Source: Amoebidium appalachense (taxonomy: Eukaryota > Protista > Ichthyosporea). Taken from it: a stretch of 64,000 bases of DNA. Of this stretch, positions 1 to 12,210 are shown one piece after another. The position numbers and the translations under genes were made by a program. Each line of letters starts with the position of its first letter. The stretch's first letter is position 1. The DNA lies in NCBI GenBank assembly GCA_963693365.1, contig CAVNZM010000011.1, positions 8,049,937-8,113,936 on the forward strand. The letters run 5' to 3'. The notes beneath the pieces were generated by a model. It was given only the letters and a program-made list of their open reading frames with translations, made no database searches and was not told where the DNA came from.

Positions 1-100
1 TGGCCAAAGGGCGATACGGTTAAGCTGGCGAACCCCAGCCCAACTCTGATAGAAAGGGCACATGCTCAGTGAAACAACACTGCTCACAGTCTGACAGTCT

Positions 101-149
101 GACCTCGCTGTTCACGCACATCCACTGTATGTGCGTGAACAGCCAGGTC
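101..149. repeat. Hairpin: 21-bp stem with one mismatch and a 7-nt loop
   Basis: GACCTCGCTGTTCACGCACAT (101-121) pairs with ATGTGCGTGAACAGCCAGGTC (129-149). Confidence 0.9.
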
Positions 150-606
150 CAGGTCCAGCTGGGTTTAGCTAAGCCTTAGCAAAATCGGGACTGAAATCCA
201 GCCTGATTACCCTCAAAGCGGTCAGCGGCGGACAATCCAGACCGCCGGCTGGCTGCTTTTTCGGATCCGCGGCCCTGGCGGGTCTTATTCTTCATAGAGA
301 GCACATTATACTCATTAATACCTATTGATAAAATCAAGTTATAAAAGGCCGAAAGTGTGTGATTGTTTTATAAAATGTACCATAATTCCTGGCATCCCTT
401 TCGCAAGTCAATGTTTTTTTTTCTTCCTTTGGCGACCGCCTTCCTTCCAAACCTTAAATATACAAACGCTTAGTCTATTTTGCGCTGACCATAAATTACG
501 CACATGGCAACAGCATTTCTTGAGAAAAATTAAAGGTATCTTATATAAATGATCTCTACCCAATGGGTGATCTTAAGCGCAAACTTTTGACCAATCCGAT
601 GAATCC

Positions 607-667
607 GAAATCCAGACCTCGGTTGCGAAAAACGACCTTCGATTTTTGTAACCGAAGTCTGGATTTC
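607..667. repeat. Imperfect ~25-bp inverted repeat (hairpin) containing the AATCCAGAC motif
   Basis: GAAATCCAGACCTCGGTTGCGAAAAA ... TTTTTGTAACCGAAGTCTGGATTTC. The AATCCAG motif also occurs near 195, 234 and 683. Confidence 0.85.
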
Positions 668-990
668 TGCGAAGGAATGCAAAATCCAGACGTCCAGATC
701 TAATCACACACATCTTTGGTCTGATACGGCATATGCCAGTACTATGCTAGGTCTCCCTAACAAAAAAATACTATTGGGGTTTCCTATACCCCCTTGCCTT
801 TTTAGGGTAGGCTGTTATGACTTGTCATGCTCCCGTATCACCGGCTCAAATTGACTAACTTTCCTATTGGCTTCTGTTTGGCACCCGCAAGAGTAGCACA
901 CCAAACACTGTTGAGCATATTAGTTTTTGCCGCCTGCAACCCCTGCAGTCATTAGGGGAACAGTGCCTGTGCGCTCCGGATGCAGGCACC

Positions 991-2253
991 ATGACGCGTA
1001 CAGTGGGTAGCAAGAATAAAAGCCGGGGTAGGGCCGGTGGCAAGAGAGAGAATGCTGGCCGGCCCACTAGCTTGAGTAAGGCTGCAAGTGGAAACCAAAG
1101 TATAGTTTCCTTCTTTCCTAAACTGCAACAGGCTGTGCAGGTAGCTCAGGGGGAGCGTGAAAGTCGTGCTGAGGTGGGGGGGCCATCGATTCCTATAACA
1201 TTGGTGGTTTCGGCTCTGTTAGTAACGAGTGGGTAATCAACCAAGCAGGCTTAGGTACGTTAGATGACTCGGGCCCGGGCCCTGAAGTAGCAGAGAACAT
1301 GGATAGGCCACCCGAGTTGTACACGAATGAAGAGGGAGAAAACCCGATGTTCGCGAATGACCCACCCCGCCTACTCTGGGAACGTGACGGCGAGGAGTTT
1401 ATTCCTCCTCCCCAACCGGAGGATGCATCCATACTGCATGGGTATTCAATGACCATTCAACATCGGTTGAGACTAGAGCGCACAGAGGCGAAAGCAATAC
1501 CTACCAGGGGCATACCCACAGTTCCCGCCTATAGGCAGGGGTTTTGGATCTACCCTCCGCGCAATCACTCGGTCGAAGATAGGAAGCCCAATAAATATTA
1601 CTACCCGCCCGCGTTTGTATGGTTGCCAGACGAGATAGACCAAGGCTATGCAGACCAGGGGCTTCCCTGCTACAAATGAGACAACAGGCAGACGTACTTC
1701 TATTGCTGGCCGTCTAACCCCCCCGCGCGCCGCATTGTCAGCTTGCACGGCTGTTATTACCTCTTCACAGCCCGTTACAAGTGCGAGCACTGTAATGTAA
1801 CGTTTGCAGGCACCAAGGAGGGCTTTCTGGCCAAACTGCCTGAGCACATCACAGCACACTTTCCAGCCGTCCTTAGCCACCGGGGCGGGGTGGATGCGTC
1901 AGTAGTCCATGTAATGCGCTTTTGTGCCGGTAGTGGTGGGGCCCGTCGAAGGTCAGAGATATGTTAACGGAGTTGCACTACAAGAACCACACCCGTGCCG
2001 AGCGGCAGTACTATCTCGAGGCTGTGTACCGGCAACAGCAAACCCCAGGCACACTCGACGATTTTGTCGGTCGGGTCCACCACCAGCCCGAGAAGTTCTC
2101 AGCCTTTGATGATCCCAACGGATATGCTGGCTATGTGCCTTCAGGTAAAGTTATGTTGCTGCTGTTTTGTGCTTGTGAAAGGTCATAGAGTAATACACAC
2201 ACACACTCTCTCTCTATCTGTCTGTCTCTACCTCTCTCTGCCCTCTCTTTCTG

Positions 2254-2340
<87 letters not shown>

Positions 2341-2539
2341 GCCTCTCCCCCCCCCCCCCCTCTCTCTCTCCTTTGTCTCTCCGTTCCCCTCCCCCATCTC
2401 TCTGTGTGTGCCCCTGTCTCTCTCTCTCTCTTCCCCTCCCCCCCTTCCCCTCCCCCGTGCGCCGCTCATGCCTCTTTCCCTCCTTAAGCTTCCCCAAAAC
2501 ATGCACATGTGCACCCACACACAAATACGCACACACAGG

Positions 2540-2574
<35 letters not shown>

Positions 2575-2593
2575 CCTACGGGTGGCGGAAGGG

Positions 2594-2630
<37 letters not shown>

Positions 2631-3265
2631 TGTTTCCGATGGGAGAGGAGGTGACTGTGGGGGAGGCTGGGAGCCCAGGAATATGTCATATATTAGTTTT
2701 AGTAATCTCCCCACGCACGCGCGCACACACACACACACACACAAGCTACGGGTGGCGGAATGGTGGTGGTGGTGGTGGGGGGGGGGGGGGGGGGGGGGGG
2801 AGGGGGGGAGGCATGTTTCGGATGGGAGAGAAGGTGACTGTGGGGGGGGGGGGGGGGGGGGGGAGCCATATTTTAATCCATTTTTTTGTACTTTAAGTTA
2901 TATTATTATTTCAGTTTTTTTGTTTTTTCCCTCTCTTTTTTCTTGTGGACGAGGGGGGGGGGGGGGGGGGGGGGGGGGGGTAACAGACGGTGTCAATGAA
3001 TAACTGATAGTGGGAAATACCATCCACTCTGCAGACGGCTACCTGAAGTCGGTGTGGTTCAAGGAGCACGACCGCATCCGCAAGTATCTGGACGGGGACG
3101 TGCAGCGGCGGCCCATCAACGTGCTTAAGCTGGACCACTCATTCAATGTGTGCAAGTACCTGATGAAGATCATGGGGGCCACGGTCATGGCCGCCCTGCT
3201 GACCATCATGAACGAGGTTGGAGGTGGGTGCCACGGTCATTACCTTCCCTCAGGGGTGTGTGTGT

Positions 3266-3304
<39 letters not shown>

Positions 3305-5484
3305 CTATTGTTTGATGCTCTTTGGTCTGAACGACTAACATTAGTTCGCACACTTGAACCAGAACTAGATCAGGTAATTGGTACGCGCTTATCTAGGCTA
3401 TGTGTGTTTGGAGCGTGTGGGTGTGGTGGTGGTGGTATGTGTGTATTTGTGGGGGAGGGGAGTACGACGGTGGGGGGGGGGGGAGGGGCGGAGGGGGGGA
3501 GGGGGGAAGGGGTTATAATGGTGTGCTTGTGTATGTGTGTGTGGGTTGGGGGGGGGGGGGGGGGAGGAGGAGGAGGGGTCCGTCGATTTTACTCATATTG
3601 AGGTTTTCACGGCCATGGGGCACGACTTGAGCAAATGCAACGTGTGTGGTGGTAGTGGTGGGGGGGGGAAGGGGGGGGGGGGGGGGGGGGAGGGGGTTAT
3701 AATGGTGGGGGAGGGGGGTGGGGGGATAGGGGGGTATGATGGTGGACAAAGAACTTATAAGCCACCTTTGTTGGTTGTGGAAGGAGAGGCCTGAGGTACC
3801 ATATGTACAATGAAGGGTACTCGGGGGGCGGGGGGGGGGGGGGGGGGGGGGAGGTGGATATGGAGGTGAGGGAGATGTGTGTATGGTTTTCCTGGGGGGT
3901 TTTTTGATCTTGCCATACTGATTGCAGGCTTGTGTCTTGGTCTCCCTTTCCCTCTCCTGACCACCTCAACTCCCCCCCCCCCCCCCCCTGTGCACATCGC
4001 ACTCTATAACACGTTCCCCCCTCCCCCCTTCACCCCCGTTTTAGTGCATCTTACCCCCCCCCCCCCCCCTCCCCTCCCCCTCGGCCCCCCTCACCCCTGT
4101 TGGGTGCCGCCGCCTCCCCCCGTCCTCCCCTCGCCCTCCCCCCTCATCTTCCCTTCCTCCCCATCTGTTCCCACCTGCCTGCCTGACTTTTTGCAATGGC
4201 ATATCTCCCTCTCCTGCACCCTAAGTATTAAGAAGCATTTACCTGTTCACTTCCCCCCAGATGGCCTATTTGACCACACATGGTGTTGCAACCCCCTACT
4301 GACCATGCAATGCTGTGGCTAGAGATCCGCTCGCAATTCGTTTGCCGCAGCACCGCACATGAGGATGCCCGGGTGCCCCTGCAGGCGATTGCCGACAGCA
4401 ACAAGGAGCTGGGCTATGCCGGCCCCCAGTTTGCCTACAGCGACCGCTGCTGCCAGGACCGCAACCTGCTGGTGTCCATCTTCCCGTCGCTGGGAGAGAA
4501 CTTGCAGCCGCCCCCTGCAGACAGCGACAGCGTACAGACAGACGTGCAGGGCCTGCCGCTGTTTGAGCAGCCAGCCGGTGTGCCCAACACGGTCATCATT
4601 ACCAGCACGGACACCGGGACCACTGTGGCTGCCATCTATGCCCTGCTGGAGGCCGGGCCCAGGGTGGTGGGGCTGGACTGCGAGTGGGAGGCACCCATCC
4701 CCCGGCTGGGCCAGCGGCGGTCCAAGGTCTGCACGGTGCAGGTGGCCACCACGCAGGCCGTCTACACGCAGGCCGTCTACATCTTCCACGCAGGCCGTCT
4801 ACATCTTCCACCTGGCCCGCATTACTAGCCAGTTCAAGGACCCCATGCCGGCCCCCCTGGCCAAGTTCCTCAACGACAACACGGTGCTCAAGGTGGGCAA
4901 GCAGATTGGGGGGGACCGCCGTGCACTGCTGGACGACTTTGGGGTGGACATGACAAACTACCGCGAGCTGGGTGGGTATGGCCGCCGCCGCGGTGCCATC
5001 ACACGTGGGTCTATTGGCCTGGCCGACATTGTGGCCCAGGTATTGGGCTGCAAGCTCCCCAAGCCCCTGGAGATTCGGGTGTCCCCCATGTGGACCCAGC
5101 CCCTTACCCCTGCCCACACACAATATGCTGCTTTGGACGCATATGCATCGCTGATGGTGTACAACACCTTGGCCACGATGCCTGATCTGACAGGTACTTC
5201 CCCCCCCCTCCCCCCTCCCCCCCAAGCCCCCCCCCTCCCTCTTCCCCGGAAGTCGGACCCAGGATAGTTGGAGCTTTGTTTTGGCCTGTGGTGGCCACCA
5301 CTTGTACCTTCTTCACTATGCCCCCCACCTTATGTCCCCCCTCCGCCTGTTTACAGCCACCCCCCTCTCCGGCTCCCCCCCATCACACCACCACAACCAC
5401 CACTACCCTACACACACGCACGCATCTTCACGCCCGCCTACCTAGTCCCATCCTAACCCATCCACACCTAACGTTTCCTCGCCC

Positions 5485-5537
<53 letters not shown>

Positions 5538-5552
5538 ACACCGTCACCACCA

Positions 5553-5607
<55 letters not shown>

Positions 5608-5618
5608 ACCCTATCTGC

Positions 5619-5671
<53 letters not shown>

Positions 5672-5816
5672 CCCTCCCTCCCTCCCCTTTCCTCCCTCAA
5701 CCATTCATACACACACATACACATGCGCGCACACATAAACACACACACACACACACACCCTACGTGCCCGCCCCCCTCCCCCTCCCTCCTGTTCTCACCT
5801 CACCCCTTCACACACA

Positions 5817-5901
<85 letters not shown>

Positions 5902-8383
5902 CCCAATTCAAAGCTATTGCGCCTAAGGCGGAAGTAGAGGTCGTGGCCATGGGTGGGCCTCTCCGGCCAGCGTTAATGGGGTGATTGTGCCACAGCCCAA
6001 GGACTGGTGCGGCATCAACCTGCGCAAGTGCAAGGGGCGGGTGGTGGTGCAGGTGCGGCAGGTGCTGCAGCCCGGCATGCTGATGCGCTACCACCGGGTG
6101 CATAAGGACCAGCCGATCAGCACCATGGGTTAACCCGCCCTTTGAGATCTTGGTGCCCTTGTCCTGGTGCCGGCCCCACCAGCCTCCTGTCGACCTGCCA
6201 GCTTCACCCCAGCCGGCACAGCAGTCTGAGGCCCGGCCAGATGACCCGGCCAGCCCCGAGCCGCAGTCGCCAGCACCACCCTGCCCGTCTGAGGCCGGGC
6301 TGCATCTGCCCGTGCAGCGTGTGCTCAAGGATGCCCGGCACCAGATGGGGGACGTGCTGGACTGCATCCCCAAGCACCACCCCGTGCACGGCGACTTTGC
6401 TCGTGAGCTCAGCGACATGCTCTTTGACATGGACAAGGGTGACATGGATGCTGTGCGGGTATGTACCCCCTCCCCCGCCTCCCCTCCCCCTCCCCCCCCT
6501 CCCCACCTTCCCCCCTTTCTCACGGACCCCTGGGGGCGCTGTACTGGCTGCCTTGCCTTGCTCACCATGCTTCGATCCCCGTTTACCGTCCAGAAACAGC
6601 CCCCCCCCCCCCCCCCCCCCCCCCTGCCCGCCTCCTCCCCATGCACAAACGGGGGCACCCTATATCCTAGTATTACTGGCTGCTGGCACATTCCATCATC
6701 AGTTACCCTCGTGCATCACGCTATTAGGACAAGGGGAGACTCAAGAGTGCAACCCCCCCCCCCCCATACCCTCCTCCCCCCTTCCTTCCTTAGCCTCATG
6801 GCCACATAGCATGCTGCACGGTCTCTGACTGTGCCCATGTGCAGGAGGTGCTGCGGCGCAAGGGCCGGGACCTTGACAAGGAGCTGAAAACCAATGCAAA
6901 CCGCAAGTGGCACCTGGTGTGCATCCGGCGCCGTGTGCCCCCCATTGCCGAGCTGCTGCAGCGCTACCAGCGCCTGAAGGAGAAGTGGGTGGACCATCCC
7001 CCCGAGCCAGCGGGGGAGGGCGCCAAGCAAAAGCCCTTCTGGTCCAAGGCTGGCCTGGCAGCCATGCGCTCCATGGAGTCGCACATCAAGACGGGCTGCC
7101 TGTCAGACCCCCCCGGACTGCAGCTGTACTACGAGCTCCGCTCAGACAGTGACGGGCTAATGATGTACCGCTGCGTGCGGGGCATCAACGACGTGGAGGG
7201 CCACCACTCCCACCTGGCCAGCCGGTTTGCCAAGGTCAACCACATGTCGCTGCAGCTGAGCGACAGCCTGCTGGCCGAGCTGCGGCACCGCCACAACCTC
7301 AAGACCCACCTGCGGGGGCGCTGCGAAAACACCCAGCAGGCCATGCACTTCGACACGTGGCTGGTGGACGACATCCAGCGCTGCACGGCCGAGCTCAACG
7401 GCTACCCCGTGGACCCCGAGTGGGTGATGCTGCAGCACTGCCTTCCCAAGGAGCAGTTCGGCATTGCCGAGGTACCCGACCCACTGATGCTGGGCGAAGA
7501 GAGGAAAGACCCGGACCCTGGCCTGCGCGGGGACCTGCGCTTTCTGGCTGCCCGGCAGAAGCTCAGCATCCCACGGCTGCCCGTGCACACGCAGGCCGAG
7601 CGTGAGCTGTTTGGCAAGGTGATGGCGCAGTACCCGCTGAAAGCGAACATTGCGCGGGCCACGGAGGAGTTCAACAAGAAGGTCAGTGTCAGCAAGGGCA
7701 TCTACCTCAAAGACGTCAAGTACTTGGAGCAGTACCGCAAGGACTGGGTGCAGCAGGCCGACGCCAAGCAGCAGCACGCCAAGCGCAAGTCAGCCGCCCC
7801 CCCCCCCGCCCCACCCACCACAGCGGAGCCTGCCAGCCCTCAGTCTGCCGTGCACCCACCTTCACCGCCACCCCCACCTGCTCCCCTTCTGAGCAAACGC
7901 CCACACGACGACAGCGCAGCTGAGGAGGTGGGGGCAGCAGACATGGACACGCTGTGTGAGCCAGTGGTGGTGGCCCCCGTGCAGCTGCCCACCAAGCGCC
8001 TGCATCTGCAGGCCGAGCCACCCCCCAGTGAGCCGCAGGGGAGGAAGCCGAGAACCTGCACCGAGTGCAGAAAAAAAGACTGCGACGGCAGATGGGTCAA
8101 TGCCAATTGCCCCATAGTGAAGAGAAGAGAGGCTTTGAAAAAGGCCCGAAGGGAAGCCGCCGAGGCTGCCGCTGCTGCCCAACCCATGGCTGCCTATGGG
8201 CCCCCTCTTGCTGTCGTGGTCGGACTGCCCCACCCATATGCATACAGCATTGCTCCTGCTCCACTCTCGCAATGGCCAGCCGGGGTTATGGATGGCCAGA
8301 CCTGGGCACCATATTTGGGCTACCCGCCACCACCAGCCAACAACCTGATCTTCCACCCGTATCGTCCACGTGGCAGCGAGTAG
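991..8383 (+). pseudogene. Disabled DDE transposase (Mutator/IS256/ISL3-like core) with an internally inserted DEDDy 3'-5' exonuclease; 5 exons: 991-2144, 3035-3223, 4323-5193, 5902-6458, 6845-8383
   Basis: The GT-AG junctions join in phase (YVPS|DGYLK, NEVG|EIRSQF, DAVR|EVLR). Motifs in order: N-terminal CxxC pairs (PCYK*..YKCEHC); D1 in LKLDHSF (3133); D2 in AYSDRCC (4442); exonuclease VVGLDCEW / KVGKQIGGD / QYAALDAY (~4660-5170); DxxH in VLKDARHQM (6330); E in RGINDVEGHH (7196); C-terminal CTEC..C..C finger. Disablements: in-frame TGA at 1677-1679 and frameshifts near 1180, 1940, 4750-4810, ~5960 and ~6130. Confidence 0.85.
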
Positions 8384-8418
8384 GTACCTCGACAGCCACT
8401 GCCAGCCGCCGCCTTCAG

Positions 8419-8449
<31 letters not shown>

Positions 8450-9402
8450 CCCCCCCCCCAACCCACCACCACCACCACCACACACACACACACTCAGATA
8501 CACGTACATATACACATGCATTTATGCGTGCGCGTGTGGGGACACTACACATAAGCTCGATTGCAACACACACCCACACATGGCCGGCCCTTAGATAACG
8601 AATTTTTTGTTTAAGTATACTAGTTTTTATAGTGCACAGGTCTGTGCTTCCTTAAGATGTAATGCTCTGTCGCTGTTGAATTTATCGATCTCGAGTCTGA
8701 CACCTAGTCTAGAGTAGCCACCATCATTTCACTTCATCTGGAACTATGGCTCCGGCTCAATAGTTTAGGCCTGTCATGGTGGCTCATTGACAACTCAGGA
8801 GCTACTCAATTATCACTCTTTGTCAGCCAGGTCCTGGGCCCTGGGTAATGTATTTTTTCAGTGGCTTGGGTTTTGGGCCTCTTTATAAACTGAGAATATG
8901 CACACGATCCCCCGGCCTTCTCCCCCCTACCCCCTTGCTACTGCAGCTGGGACGGTGTGTGCGTGTGTGCGTGTGTGCGTGTGTGGGTGGGTGGGTGGGT
9001 GGGTGGGTGGGTGGGTGGGGTGGGTGGGTGTGTGGGTGTGTGGGTGGGTGGGTGGCTGCACGTGTATGTGTATGTGCTACTGTGTGTTTGTGCACGTGTG
9101 TGTGTGCGCGCGCTAGTCCGCTCGTGCTTGTGTGTGTATGTGGGTGGGTAGGCCCCGGTGGGGCCTAGGGTGGTGTCTGTAAGTTGTGCCAGCGGTGACT
9201 CATAAAAGAGAGGAGGGGGAGGGGCGAGGGGGGGAGGGCACGTGGGGGGGGGGGGAGGTTATTTGCATGTGCACATGTGCATGTACGCATATCAGGCAGT
9301 GGAGGTTTACTAGGCCTTCTGGTTCAAGCATTATATCATAGCCATATGAATGCCCCATAAAAATGCATGAATGCCTACGGGCTTAAGTCACAATACTAGT
9401 AT

Positions 9403-9445
<43 letters not shown>

Positions 9446-10539
9446 ACTCACACACACACACACACACTCGGGTTGTGCACCACCACCACCACGGTGACCA
9501 CCACTGGAGTCATAAATTTGTAAGTAGGCATGCGTACACGTAGCCAGGCTAGCTGTTTCAATATATAGTGACGTGACCGAAATCAAAGTTTTGGGTTCAG
9601 CAAGCTGCAAAGACCAAATTCAAACTAGTCAAATGGGCACACCCGGTGCTGCAGTGAGGTAGTCGAGCTATATATGAAATTCTAAACGGTTCTTTTTGAC
9701 AGGAAGTTAATATAAGTCAAGCTACAAATGCATAATATTTCATGCCATTTTGCTAACGTAAGTCTCAGATGCTAAGACAGTATGTAACAATTATTGGATT
9801 CGCGACAGATATCGATGATTGCGTGACTTCCTTTGTTCAAATGCACGGCATCTCAGGCTAAGTTAATTTAAGTGTGCAGTGAACACCTGCTGGTCGCAGG
9901 TTACCTAACGAAAAGCATATAACTTATGATATAGCTACAAAAGGGACCCGGTGGAACTGCAGGGGAAACGCGGGACGGGGGGAGGGGGGGGGTGGGTTGG
10001 AAGTAGAGTCCGCTGTGACTAGGCCCTCGTCGTGGCGCGCTTGGGCGCTGACCCGTTTCTTTACTGCTTTCAGTGTGTTAACTCCATGACTGAACTCCAT
10101 GACTGAACTCCATTTCTGCACCTGGCAGAGCCGTGGCTTATATACCCGTGGGGCAGCAGTCTGGAATGTAATCCGGATGCCAGGCGCTAATCGGATTGGT
10201 TACTTTCATTTAGAGATCTCTGGGACCAGTGAACCAATCGTTTGCAGTCAAAACACAATTGGCAACATTCCTCAACTATGCAGATGTGCATGTGGTGATC
10301 GAGTGTCAGCGTGTGTCTGTGTACACGGAACCAATTGTAAAGCTAACATACACATATTGTGGAGTGAGCGTAAGTCTGCACTCCAACAGGGGGGGGGGGG
10401 GGGGGGAGGGGAGGGGAGGGGGGGGGGGGCAGGGAGGGAGGGGGAACTTCAAGGGGGCCAGCGGGTTAAAGACAAGAAAACCTTATGAGAGTGGAGTTCA
10501 AGTGGCTTGCAACTCCATTCCAGAAGGTTTTATATGTGT

Positions 10540-12210
10540 ATCTGAACGTGCACATGCCGTGTATATGTACCTGCAGCTGCACGTGTATGCATGACATGTG
10601 TATTTGCACATGCACAGAATGCGTGTGTTCACCTGTGGCTGCCATCATGCATGCTCATTAGCACCATATGACATTGATGGCTGCACGTCCTGCACGGACA
10701 GGATGTGTACACAAAATGGATGCATGCACTGCAGCCACTCATGTATGCTGCATGCATAGTCGTGCATGCACATGTTACAATGCACGTGCACATGCATGCA
10801 GATGCACATTTGCACAGCATGTACACATGAGCACGTGCATGCATGCATGCATATATAGTGCATATTGCATGCTTGTCTGCACGTGGGCGCGGCATGTGTA
10901 ATGCATGCGCATTCATAGTTGCTGCATATTTGCATGCAGCTGTATGCGCATGCATGATATGTGCATGTGCACATCTGCACGTGTGCATTGCATGATGTGT
11001 GTTTATACTCCGCATGCATGTGCACGTGCATCATTGCACGTGTGTATTGCATAATGTGTGTTTATACTCCGCATGTGCATCATCGCGCACCGTGCATTGC
11101 ATGATGTGTGTTTATACTCCGCATGCATGTGCACGTGCATCATTGCACACGTGCACGTCGTGCAGATGCACACGTGCCTGATGCACATACATACTGCATG
11201 CATGTGCACATGCAGATACGTCAATTGCATGCATGCACGTGTACACGTGCAGACACGCGTGCAGACACACATCATGAATGCACATATCTACGCGATGCAC
11301 GTGCAGCCGCATGCATGCAATGCCATATACCACGTGCAGATGCACATGCATGCATGTGCACGTGCAGGTGGCCACCGCAGCTGCAGGCGTAAATACTACA
11401 TATATGCGTACATGCATGGCATTGCAAGTGCACACGTATGCAGATACACATCATGCATGCACGTGCACCTGCATATACACACGCATACATGGTACCGGCG
11501 TGCAGACTCTATGCGTGCATGCACGTGCAAGCTGCATGCACATGCATTCCTATGCACTCATTTAGTCTAGCATGTGCACCACGTGCAGATACACATACAT
11601 GCATGCAATATGTGCACGTGCAGGTAGCCACGTGATTATCTTGATGGATGTGCACGTGCACGTGTGTACACTGCGAGATCACGTGACCACTGCATGCAGC
11701 TACTACACCCCCCACGTGCACACGCATGCCTGCAGCTGCACATATGGTCACGTGATTTCCCACGTGCAAACTTGCACACGCACGTGCACATGCATGTATG
11801 TGCATATGCAGCTGCAGCAGGCATGCGCATGCATGCATGTGCAAGTTCAAGTGTGCAGCTGCAGGCATGTGCACGTGGGAGATCACGTGACCGTTGTGCA
11901 GCTGCAGGCATGTGTCTGCACGTGGGAGGTCACGTGACCACGTGTGCACGTGGGAGGTCGCGTGACCATGTGTACAGCTGCAGCCTATGCATGTGCACGT
12001 GTGGGAAGTCACGTGACCATAATATGTGCAGTCGCAGGAATGCATGTGCACGTGTGGGAGGTCACGTGTCCATATGCAGCTGCAGGCATGCATCTGCACG
12101 TGTGGGAGGTCACGTGACCATATGCAGCTGCAGGCATCAAATTTTGCAAATGACTCTGTCTGTGCACCGTGGACTGGGCCTCCTCCACATGACCACATGC
12201 ATGCATAGAT
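10540..12210. repeat. 1.7-kb purine-pyrimidine-alternating satellite-like tract built from TGCA/CATG/CACGTG/CAGCTG palindromes
   Basis: Dense palindromic 4-6-mers. Internal ~50-bp units (TGCATGATGTGTGTTTATACTCCGCATG.., 3 copies at ~10990-11150) and GGGAGGTCACGTGACC-type units (about 6 copies at ~11870-12120). Confidence 0.85.

Noticed and set aside
4660-5170. Stand-alone WRN/EXD2 exonuclease gene
   Set aside because: It lies within an exon that is spliced in phase to the transposase D, D, DxxH and E segments, and no helicase or EXD2 C-terminal domain follows.
9924-10121. Short minus-strand ORF inside the candidate element as a second transposon gene
   Set aside because: No recognisable motif, convincing splice sites or partner exons.
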